A stretch of DNA of 35,680 nt from Raillietiella orientalis (lineage: Eukaryota), in NCBI GenBank assembly GCA_036172245.1, contig JAYWIR010000047.1:1302001-1337680 (forward strand), given 5' to 3'. This document shows, piece by piece, positions 12,135-22,230 of the stretch (positions are counted from its first letter, which is position 1; the number at the start of each line of letters is the position of its first letter). The translations under genes and the position numbers were made by a program. The notes beneath the pieces were generated by a model. The model worked only from the letters and a program-made list of their open reading frames with translations, did not search any database and had not been told where the DNA came from.

Positions 12135-12690
12135 CCCCCGGGGGTTACCCGGTTCAAGCATTTCCTGTTTATTCTTTCAAAACTTCACACTAAAATTCTA
12201 TTGACTGGAAAAGTCCAGAATAGACCTAGGTCTCGGGGCAGCATCCTGAATGAGGGATGCACGGTCAGGATGTGATGGCCGCGATGCGGAACCGTCGCCT
12301 CAAGGTGGCAGACTGCGGGCTGCCACCTTGAGGAATCAGCATTTCTTGTCGACAAAAGTAGCAGATCCTCATAATGCTACCATCCTATGCAGATGACTCC
12401 CTCGTCGCAGATGTGCGAAGACAGCATACGAGGAACCGGTGACCAGCAGCCCTGCATCCCCGCGTCGAATGTACGGTGCCTCCATTTCGATGTGGCTTCG
12501 CGGGCTTTCGTGTCGCTCTTGGAGCTCAGGGAGCTCTCGCTACGCTCAGCGCTTCTCGTCTTGCATACGAGAATCTCCAGAAGAGACCTCTGGCATCCAA
12601 CAGGAGTCTCCTTGAAGGCTTTAGGGAGAACGTTCACGTGAGCACCCCTCGGAGGAAAAAATGCCCAAAGGTCCAGCGTCCCTTTGGGCA
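12135..12690 (-). mobile_element. Putative 3' end of another LINE family copy (structured 3' UTR)
   Basis: On the minus strand: an ORF ending ...GVICIGW*, three hairpins, gttttg, AATAAA (12173-12168), then a ccggg..cccgg hairpin. Same terminal layout as 3693-3716 and 14572-14595. Protein similarity is not convincing on its own. Confidence 0.4.
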
Positions 12691-14597
12691 CCTACTTTGA
12701 GTTGGTGCTGAGAGCGTACAGGGCGACTTTGGCCCCCTTGCCGAGCTCGTGCCCCGGCACGCCCGCCGTAGCAGCGTACGCCGACGATCTTCTGCTGATG
12801 TTACCCATGTCCACCCCGGCAGCCGCAGTCGAGGAATTCTTCGATCTGCTAAGCCGCGGGACGGGACTGCGGGTAAACAAGGCAAAGTCGTCTGTGGTGG
12901 AGGTTGGTGCGACGTGGGTTGGACGGCCTGACTGGATCCGCTCGGGGATCCCCGCGTCCAGGTACCTGAAGTACCTTGGTGTGCCGTTGGGAGACTTCTG
13001 CCCGTCAGAAGCTGGTCAGGTCGTCTCCAAAAAGTAGAGTCGGCGATCGGCCTGTTCCTGGAGGGCAAGTTCCTCTTGCCGGAACGGGCCGCGGTATGGG
13101 ACGCGTTCGCGGCTCCCATCCTTCGCCCCCAGCTTTTTGTATGCCCCGTTCCCCCCCAGTTGAAGAAGAGGACCAAGGACCTACTCTGCATCGCCCTCTG
13201 GGGCAAGGGGAGGCCTAGAGTGCCTCTGAAGGACTTATACGCTCCGCGTCGGGACGGCGGTCTTGGCCTCCTGACTCTGGAGCGCTTGGAAATCCAGGTG
13301 CGATGGCGCACGATGGCCATCGCAGCGAAGTTGTGGAGCACCTCTTGGTGCGTTCCGGCCCGCCTTCTTGCCAGCCGTGTCTCCAGGACGCAAGGACTAG
13401 CGTCTTATCTTCTGTGCTCCGGTCGGAAGATACGAAGATGCGGCCTGCTCCTTGGACGCATGTCCACCTTGGCTAAGGAGAACGGCTGGATGGTTTGTAG
13501 CCCCGCCAACTCCTCCGCATGGCTGGAGGAGACTTCTGGCACGTGGGCGAAGATAAATGAAAGAAACCACGAGACGTGGAACTGCCTGTGAGTCGGCTTC
13601 TACGCCCGCCGCACTCTTCGTGAAATTCTTCAATTTCCAGCGAGTTGCACGTGGACGGAAGGGACACCCCTTGCTACGGCGATGCCCTTCCTCCAAAGGG
13701 CGCTTCAGAACAGCCGGAAGCTGAGGTGGCAAGTCTGCTGCCGTATCGCAGGCAGAGAGAAGATGATGAGCGGCTGGACCATGGGAGAGCTGACAGACGC
13801 TACGACCCCTAGTGTCCAGCCGCGTGGATTAAGAAGATGGGGCGAGCTGCTCGGCATCCGGTCGGATGACCTGAAGTGGTCCCCGGTTCTAATTGGATCC
13901 AGGATTCTTCTGCTGAAGTGTCAAGAGTCGGCACTTCTGTGGCTGCATTGGGGTCTACCCTGCAACGCGCGCCGCTTCCACTGGACGCGGGGAAGAGTAA
14001 ATCCTGCGTGTGCCAGGTGTGGGGAGTGGGAGTCCTTCCCCCACCTCCTAGTTGACTGCCCTGCCCTCCGGATTCTTTGGGATCGTCTTGGAACGGCCCT
14101 CGGGATACCGGATGGTGGCAACCCCAGAGGCGTTTACAGTCTTCTCTTCGTGCGGGACGCCCTCAGTCCAGCCGCAGCCCTGGCAGCACTTTGCTGCATT
14201 CGTGGTATCGTGGCGGCCTGGAGTGATGCCAAAGATGAAGATTGCAACGTGACGGACGTCATCCAGTATGCTGTTCGCTTCCTGCAGAGAGCTACAGGAT
14301 GGCCCCAACTGGGAAGAATGAAGAAGGACCTCGAGGGCATCCTGCAAAGGATGGTCCCTCCCCGAAGTGGAACGTGATCCCTTCCCGGCCCTCCAAACTC
14401 CTTTTGTTTTTTGTTTTTCTGAATTTTATTTTATTTTATTTTTCTCCCCATCCCCTTCCACTACCGAGGAGAGCCACACCGGGCTGCGTCCCGGCGTCCC
14501 GGCAGGTCCGGTATTGCGTGACCGTTAGTGGGGCCTTGTACCACGTTCTGTAATGACCGAGAAAGTTTTTTAATAAAGGTCCCGGAGTACCCGGGTG
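12690..14597 (+). mobile_element. 5'-truncated L1/Tx1-like retrotransposon: RT core to zf-RVT, 3' UTR
   Basis: AAYADDLLL, LRVNKAKS, KYLGVPLG, a frameshift near 13010, LYAPRRDGGLGLLTL, an in-frame TGA at 13589-13591, and the zinc finger CARCGEWESFPHLLVDC. Stop at 14377, T-rich UTR, AATAAA at 14572-14577, hairpin cccgg-agtac-ccggg at 14581-14595. Confidence 0.95.
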
Positions 14598-14599
14598 GT

Positions 14600-14842
14600 A
14601 TCCCCCTCCCTTGGACAACCTGAGTATGGAGGACATTCCTCGAGTGGACTCGGCCCGCGGGTGGCAGATGGAGGCGATGGACGCCATCACGACAACAACG
14701 AGAGAAAGGCGCCGGCGTGAGCGGAAATGCCGCATGCAGCCCGCGTGGCATCGGCGGAAGTGCCACATGCAGCTCACGCGGGTGCGGCGTCCGTAGCAAC
14801 GCGCCCGGCGTGGCAGCGGCGGCACCATCTTACGCCCAACTA
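14600..14842 (+). mobile_element. Relic of Ala-rich ORF1 N-terminus
   Basis: MEDI...MEAMD, AEMPHAARVASAEVPHAAHAGAAS and APGVAAAAPSYAQ resemble MEEHME...GVHAAHTG...AAAAKPPFSYAA of ORF1 at 31631-32010. Low-complexity match. Confidence 0.5.
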
Positions 14843-14844
14843 CG

Positions 14845-15281
14845 CAGCGGCGGCAAAATTAGGCAGTGCGCCCGGTGCAATCCTTTATGCAGTGCCCGAC
14901 TTGACCGCACTCGAAGCATTTCGCTTCCGGTCAAGCGCCTACGCGGTACCCAAACTCCTTGCAGCCCGCGCAGAAGACGGGCTGCAGGCGATAGCGCACT
15001 GTACATCCTGGGAATATTCGTCGATCCTGACGATGCCCGGGATCCGCACATCCACGGAGAGCTTAATCCTCACCATGACCTCTCGCGAGAACAGTTCGTC
15101 CACGTAGTTGCCGAAGGACACCTCCTTCACCTCCTCTGTACCGGCAGAAGTGGTCCCACACGTCTTCCTGCGCGGTGTTGCAGTGTACGCCACGCAGGTA
15201 CACGGTGTTCGGAGGGTGGAGGGGATTGGGAGATCACCGTTCTTTGACAACGTTAGGCGATTTTCTTTGGAGTTGGTTTTG
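14845..15281 (-). mobile_element. Frameshifted ORF1 relic (RRM + CCHC knuckles) related to the intact ORF1
   Basis: NTVYLRGVHCNTAQEDVWDHFCRY / EVKEVSFGNYVDELFSREVMVRIKLSVDVRIPGIVRIDEYSQDV / VRYRLQPVFCAGCKEFGYRVGA*PEAKCFECGQVGHCIKDC vs intact TTVFLSGIGILTEREAIWDFLSQYGEVLEI...DIFSGELIAKIKLKDGAQIPGNVHIDESSQDVSVRYRQQPIFCTGCKNFGHRLGACPRSRCFRCGKLGHQVRNC. Confidence 0.92.
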
Positions 15282-15447
15282 CAGGAGTCTGCGCGAACGC
15301 AGCCTCCCAACCTAAAAATTATGCTTCCGAGTAACCCGCATTTGGGATTATCGCGGAGGTCAGCCCCGCCGGCGTGCAATGGCCAGGCCTCGCTCCGGAG
15401 GAATTGCCATCGTGAACACAATTTAGACCTCGAAGCCAGGTAAGTAT
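15282..15447 (-). ncRNA. U1: U1 spliceosomal snRNA, full length (gene or retrocopy)
   Basis: Minus strand: ATACTTACCTGG 5' end; SL1 AATTGT-GTTCACGATG-GCAATT; SL2 loop ATTGCAC (U1A site); SL3; Sm site ATAATTTTTAG; SL4 GGGAGGCTGCG-TTCG-CGCAGACTCCT. About 166 nt, Drosophila-like CCTCCGGAG. Confidence 0.95.
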
Positions 15448-16619
15448 GAAACTTCTATTGCACCCATTTCCCCTCCCCGTTCCGCATATCCACCTGCCCC
15501 GTATTGCCTCTTTACAAGACTTTCGCTTCCCTTGCTCTTGACCTTCTCCTTGCTTTGCCTCCGTCTCCTACGCTTCCCCATTCCCTTCCTCCTTTGCAGT
15601 ATCTGCTCTTCCGCTTTTCCTCCTGGATTTCATCTTCCGTTTTCGTTTTCCCTTTTGCTTAGCACTTTGCCTCGTCACCCCTCTCTCTCCCTCTGTTTTT
15701 CCATCTGCGCACTACTCGTCGCTGCATCCAGCGCCCCAGCCTCTTGCGATGGGGCACATGTCGCAACGAACGGTGCGCGCGCACGCGCAGAGAGTGCGCC
15801 TGTCTGCGCCGCACGCGCGACCCAGTCGTCGCAGGCAGACGTTGCGCGTCTCCCGAGACGGCCGTATGCATTCCGGCGGCTCACCCCACTTGAATGCTAT
15901 GGCCTTTGACTCTTTGTGCTGTTTCGCAAGCCCGTTTGCTTTACGTGAATGCCGTGTGCGTGTTCCACGAAGGAAAATTCCTTTCAAAGTTTCCTAACAA
16001 CGCTCCAGCATTCCGTCCTCACCATTCCACGCGGATGCAGCTGTTGAGCATAGTGAGATCTGCAAAACCCGTTGTCAGAATCCCCTTTATATTTTTCAAC
16101 GTATTCGTTATTGCTGTAAAGTGTGCTGCTGGGTAGTCAACCTGTCAAGCAAAGGCACTTTAGTGCGAGTGAGCTGTGCAGCCAGTCCAAAATGTCCAAA
16201 GTCTTCAAACGTGGTAACAATTCTTGTCAAATGCACCCATACTATTGCGTCTTTCACGTTTTGGGAGCACACGTCTGATGTGATGGGTCGATCCAATCGT
16301 GCAATGTGACCTTACGGTAAGATCTGTTGATCTGCGTGGACTTTCCGTAAGAAAACTATGGGAAGCCACGCGTTTCTCCGTGTTTCCACTTTGGGCACCT
16401 CAGGGATGCACATTTCCAGGCAAGTGAGTGGCCCTTATGGAAAACAAACGGTTCCACCGCTTCCTCTTCTTGTTGCACAAAATGTGTAGGAAAACGTGCA
16501 ACTTGGAACCATGTGCATTCATTTTGGACCCATGTCATGACTGGTACTGTATCCTTTCTCAACTACAACGAAACCTTCCTGTGCTTCAGGGAACCGGGAA
16601 GTAGGAAGAAGTCACCTGA

Positions 16620-16925
16620 ATTCTAAAGAAGTTTTCCCTTTTGATGTAAACAAAATATTCATTAAACTATTTCTTTTTATAAAAAGTAAATTTTAGACTT
16701 ATTTTTTTTTGAATTAAAAATATTCTAAGGATTAATTCTATTATATTAAAAGTATTATATTTTATAGTAATAACAATAAATAATTATTATATAAAACATT
16801 TGGGGTTAGGTATAAATCAAAGAATATTTTTTTTACTTTAAGAATTTAATTATTATATTACATGCCAGGTATAAAATAAATATTTTATTATAATGAATAA
16901 TTAATGTATTAGAAAATTTTTCCTT
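16620..16925. repeat. Extremely AT-rich low-complexity island between GC-rich blocks
   Basis: Almost only A/T runs, with an abrupt switch to GC-rich sequence at about 16930. Confidence 0.8.
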
Positions 16926-19900
16926 CTGGAACCCTTCGCGGAATCGCGGTGGCGTGCCGCCTGTCCTGCTCGCAAGCGAACCCCGTGCTCGCAGCTTTTG
17001 GTTCCCGCTCGTTGCCCTTCCCTCTCCCCCTCTCATCCCAGTCCGCTGCCCAGCCTGGTCCACCACCACCACCCGTCCTCCGACACTTCGCTCCCGTGAA
17101 CCTGCATTCCCGTAGGCGCCTTTCCCATTTCGTCGCCGTCGCCCGTCGGTTCGGAGCGTCCTCTCCGCCTAATGGCGAACCTCAGCTAAACACGCAAACG
17201 TCGGGGATGCACCATCAGACCGCTGCCTGGATCCAGGATCCCTCGCAACAGCACCCAACCGATCACGACTTGGATACGCTGCACCCGCCACCTTCACCGG
17301 CGGCGGAGCCGCCATCCCGTCCGTCGCTCGAGGTCACTCGTGCCGCCGGCGACGGACGGACGCACCCGTGCATCCACGCCATTTTGCACAGCAACCCCAC
17401 GACCAGCATATTCAGGGCATTGAGCCACTGCGGGAGACCCCGCGCAGCGGCGCCAGCCGTGACACAGACGCCACTCTCCTTCCAGGATCGTCTTCCCTAG
17501 CTCCTCCGCACCTCCTCCAGGAAAGCAGCCCGCCTTGCGAGTGGCGCACCTAACCCCATCCGCTTACCACCCGCGGCCGCAACCCGCCTCGTCCTTCGCC
17601 CTCGCGCGCCTTGTAGCACTCCGGTTGCATTCCCTTTTCGCGTCTTTCCCTTTTGCGTGGTGTTAGTGCGCAGCATTTATCGCTTGCTGCTCCCAATGAC
17701 ATTTCCAAAGTCCCCTTTTCCAGAGTTCGTTTCTCGAATCTTACGGTTTCCTTGTGCATTTCCATTTGCGTTTTCGCATTTCCTTCGCTCTTTGTGTGGA
17801 ATTCGTTTGGTTTTCCTGCCGATGATTTGGTTTCTTTCCTTGCCATCTGGTGCCTCTTCTTCAAATTATCTGTTTGGAGTTCTGCGTGTTCGCTTGTTAT
17901 CGTTCCCTTGCTTCTGTAAAGCTCTCTCCCCTTCGTTCGTTGCAACTATTTGTCGTCATTCTTGTTGCATTTGCGCTTTTTCGCGAGCTTTTCCAGTGCT
18001 CCTTGAACTGTTGACCCGGTTTGTTCCCGTTCCTGCTAGATGCTGGTGCCTGCTGCACTTTATGCGTGTTTTCCTGTAATTGTTTCCCATTGGATTGCGC
18101 GTGCAGAATGTTTCAATTTGCCTTCCTGCCTGCTACGTTCCTGTCTTCCTTGCAATGGTCCTTGATACGGTTGCCCTGTCTTCCTCCTTCCCATCTCGGG
18201 TTGCAGTGCTTTTTTGTTTCCCTCATCAATTGCCTTCGAACGCCATTGAATTGTATGCGCGGTTTTGCTGGTCGCGAAACGTACCGAGGTCGGGATATGC
18301 GTTCCGTAGATGCTCCGTCTTGCGGGAAGAACTCCTCCTTGCTTGTGCGCATCCCGAAATCGTCGACTGGTGTTCGCTCGTTCCGTCTTTGATGCAGGTC
18401 TTCCGTGTGCTACCTGCTCTTCCGGTTTCTTCCGCCGGAGTTCGTCGGTCCGAGCTGAGTTGCGCGCGTCGTCGTGGTGGATGCGCCGTTTCCGTCGTGA
18501 ATGGCGCGAAGGTGATCCGCCTCTGCTCGCTCCGTCGATCCCGCATCTTCGCTTGCGGCCTTCCCGATGATGTTTTTCTTCCGGAGCGCTTTCCTCCTCC
18601 CCTGGTGTTGGCATCGTCCGAGCCCGCTCCGGGTGGTCCCGCAACCCTCCCCTCCTCCCAGATGACCCCTACCTCCTCCGGCATCGCCATCTCTGGGGAT
18701 CGGGGAACTGCTCTACGGCTCGGGGAAGCTTCCGCGCAGCCACCGGACCATCGCTACAGGCAACCAACCACCCACGGCTCGCTCGCCCCCGAGCGGGCGG
18801 GTCGCCGTGGTTCCGGCTCGCTTCCAACGCAGCTTCGGTTGGTTGCCTGGTTCCCCCGTGCCGCACGGGATGCTGTCGGAGGTCCTCGGGTCCGGGGGGA
18901 CTGCTGAGGACCTCCGTCGGGTGCGGCAGGACTCCACTTTCGGGTTTCTCCCTCCTCCCCCATCCCCGAGGCGAAGTGGCATCCGCTCCCGGAGGATCTT
19001 CGCGACGACGATCCGCATCCCACGGGCCCACGAGGGCTCCTCCTACGGGATGGACTGCGGCTGCGAGAAGCGCGCGCGCAACGAGAGAACGCACCCGGGA
19101 TGCGGGAATGGGTGGAGGCGGCGGGGTGCGCGTCCGCGGCCTTAGGGTCCCCCCTCAAAGGGGACGCCCCCGTGGGGAGGAGGGGGGCGGAACCGCGCGG
19201 GCGGGAGGCGAAAAGTTGGGGCGCGATGGGACGAGGGGAGTTCGCCAGTGGACCCGCGTGACTTCGGAAGTCGGACGTCGACCGCGTTGGCGTCGCGGAT
19301 TCGGATCTGCGCCGCCTCCATCGCGTCGGAATGGTCGGCGCCGAGAGCGGGTGGCGCGTCGTGGGCTTCGTGCCCCCTCCTCCCACCCACGGGGAGCCCC
19401 TCGGGGCTTTCAGAGCAGCGACGGGTTCGGATTGCCCCCGTCGGCCTGCAGGCTAACCGCAAGTGCAGCCTCCTGGAATCCCCCCAGGACCCACTCCGGG
19501 TTCTCGGGGTTCCCCCTGCAGTCGTGCAAATCGAGCTGCCAAACCGTGGCGATCGCTGAAACGAGTGCGACGCCAACAGCGGCGTCAGGACCGCCGCCGG
19601 CTTCGACGTCGAGGGCACCGGACGCGTCGCTCATCCCACCACCTCGACCTCGCGTATTCCGAGTTCTCGCGCACATCCTCGGCACCGTCGCTGCCTCGTT
19701 GCCCGAGGAAACGGGAGGACACCTGCGGGAACGCCCTCCCGTCGCGCCTGCGGACGGGAGGGTGAGCCTGTCGGGAGTCCCGGCTCCTTTGGAAACCGAT
19801 CCCTTCTCGCCGATAGAAATGCGCGAGGCGAGGGACGCTTCTGTCCGCGAGGCCGACCCGCAGTGGGAGCCTTCTAGGGCAGCGCGGTGTTCTCCGGACC

Positions 19901-21639
19901 GGGCTTTCCCGCGACTCGGCCTGGCGCGGGTGTGCCCCCCTCTATGGTTGCCCGAGGAAGAGCTCCCGCCCGTGAGATTTTCTCTCTGGTCGGTCTGCCG
20001 AAACCGTTCGGATTTCCATTTCCTTACATAGACGTCGCTGGCGCCTGTGCGAGCTCCTTGCCGTTCGCACACTCCCGCCACGCGTCTCCGGGTGGAAACC
20101 CATTCGAACGCCGTGGGCCTATTCTGTATCCGTGGTTCTCACTGGGCGGGGAGGGTGCAGCTTCCTCCCGCACGAAGGGCATGACCGCTGCGGAGGGCTG
20201 GGCATCCGCAGCTGTTTGAGGACGCTAGCACGGAAGGCTGCAAGGAAGCAGCCGCGGGGGGGGGGGGAAGGGGGGCAAAGTAAAGGTGGGTGTGCGACCG
20301 GTTGCTGGGATCGTCGGAACGCAAGCTTCGCTTCTCGGCCGGCCGCGGTTCCCGCGCATTCGCCGTCCCGACTCGACTGCTTGCGACTCCGGGGCAGGCG
20401 GACGGCGGGAATGCGTGTCGCCCGGCCACGCAAAGTGGAGTCTCCGCCCAGAGGTGGTGGCGTCCTCCTGCAGCACGAGAGGCGTGGCGTGGCGTCGCGT
20501 GCTTCTCCCTGCCATGACAGGCGCGCACGGGGCTGGGACGAGTGCTGTGCTCACGCTCCTCGTGCCGCAAAGCGCTTCGGGCAACGCGCGCTGACCCCCG
20601 TGGGTCATCCACGCCCGCCACGCTGCTTGCGCCCCCGTAGGAGCGGCGAAGGCAGCAGCAGGAATGGAGTCCCGTCGAGAACGGCTGCTGGACCTGACCG
20701 TGGTGCCACAGCTACAGGGCGGGCTATGACTCGGGGAGGGGAGGACGCTACCACCACCGGGGGCCTCGCCTGCCGCGTGGCCCCTGCCCGCCTCCCTTCT
20801 TCCTTTCGCCCGTGGAGACACAGCGCCCGGCCACGCGGTACAACGGCTCCGCCCAACCTCTTTCCCCGCTCCTCAGGCACGCCCTCGAGAGCTGGGTCTG
20901 GCGAGACGGGCGTTGAGTCCACCCAACCCAGTCTGGAGCACTCTTCCCCTTTTCCCGCGCGGTGCCGGAGGAGGAACGGCTGTGCGCGTTTCCGTGGCGA
21001 GGATGGGCCTTCCGGCTTGCACGCGCAGCTGCGGTCCCGGCGCCACCCCGAGTCGAGTGCGAGCTGCGGGGCCTCTCTTGCCGGCAGCGGCCGCCCAGCC
21101 CACGAACGTGCGTGCGCCCACGGATCGGGTGGCTTTACGGCTTCCATCCGCCCCCCAACTCCAACCTCCCCTCGCGCAGCCAACAAAGTGCGCGCGCGGG
21201 CTGTGCCCTCTTCAGATGCGGGGGCACTGCAAGAAGCGGGAGTTGGCACGAGGAGTCACCGAGCGCGGCCGGTCCGACGCGCGCAGGATGCGCGCCCCGT
21301 AGTGGTGATGCAGACGCCGTGACGGCAACGGCGCGGATGGCGGACGATCGATCTCCGTTCTCCCCTTTCCTGATACGACACATCGATGCAGGTTCGAGTT
21401 GGGATGCAGGTTCTAATATTTCTTAGGACAAAATCACAGGTTTCATCATTTACGATCTCCGATGTTTCACTTGAAGTCAGTTTTTCCATCAATGTCTTTT
21501 TCTAGATCGCCTCGATCATCTTTGTGAAGCACAGATAACACATATGCTACCACAGTAATAAATGCGATTGCCGACATAATATGATTACCAAGAAAGCACT
21601 GTAAATCCATTAGCAGCTATAATTGAATGTCAACGTACG

Positions 21640-21719
21640 CCTATGACCTGGCTTCGAGGTGAATTATGAGCACGAATCCGGAAAGTATTTTTGGGAAGCA
21701 GCACGTGTAGTGCTTTGCT
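21640..21719 (+). pseudogene. U1: Internally deleted U1 snRNA relic
   Basis: acctggcttcgaggt (21646-21660) is identical over 15 nt to the U1 copy at 15447. Then aattatgagcacgaa (SL1 stem and loop), a jump at cgga to a Sm-like atttttg (21687-21693), and a terminal hairpin agcagcac-gtgta-gtgctttgct. SL2/SL3 are absent. Confidence 0.7.
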
Positions 21720-21834
21720 AGCAATTGCTGTCTACATATTCTACGTGTTCTACATATTCTACGTCCGGTTTTCGCTTTTGTGTTTCATCGAAAGCGTCAA
21801 CGCTACGCATCGACTACCCGGACGAACGGCTATC

Positions 21835-22230
21835 CACGTCCACGCCCATGGATTTGGACAAAGCAGGCCCCTCTGAAGAAAGAACCATGGTGGGGTCAAG
21901 GGATGATCAGGCGCAATCGCTGTCCTACACGACCGAGCGACGTATACGCAGTGCGCAGCTGCCTCCAGCGATTTTCCGGGAGTGCTCCCCGCACGAAAAC
22001 GAAGCCTCATCAAATCCTCGGAATACGAGGTTTTAGACGACGAAGACGGACCCATCCTCACCATGGTGCCGGAGGTTAAACCGTGAGTTCTCAAAACAGG
22101 TCCCCTTAAACTTGCCGACACCGACGATTTTCACGCGGCAGTCGTATGACAAATCGGAAAGAGATGTCTCTTTCCAGGCATTCGAGAGGCCTCCATTTTC
22201 TTGTGGAGAAGGGATTCTCACTCTACGTCT
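21835..22230 (+). mobile_element. Decayed ORF1 N-terminal relic
   Basis: STPMD (ATG 21848) vs STPME (ATG 31631). PILTMVPEVKP*VLKTGPLKL (22051-22113) aligns without gaps to PMVKLSPASKPITFKTGLVRF (32087-32149; 7/21 identical). FLVEKGFSL (22197-22223) vs ALIEKGINI. Confidence 0.65.

Noticed and set aside
20328..20340. tcgcttctcggcc matches the 5' end of U2 snRNA
   Set aside because: Only 13 nt. No branch-point arm (GTAGTA), Sm site or further similarity, in very GC-rich DNA.
20420..20590. Minus-strand IAP-type RING remnant (LCGTRSVSTALVP...RLHFA)
   Set aside because: Most Cys/His ligands are missing; cannot be supported by eye.
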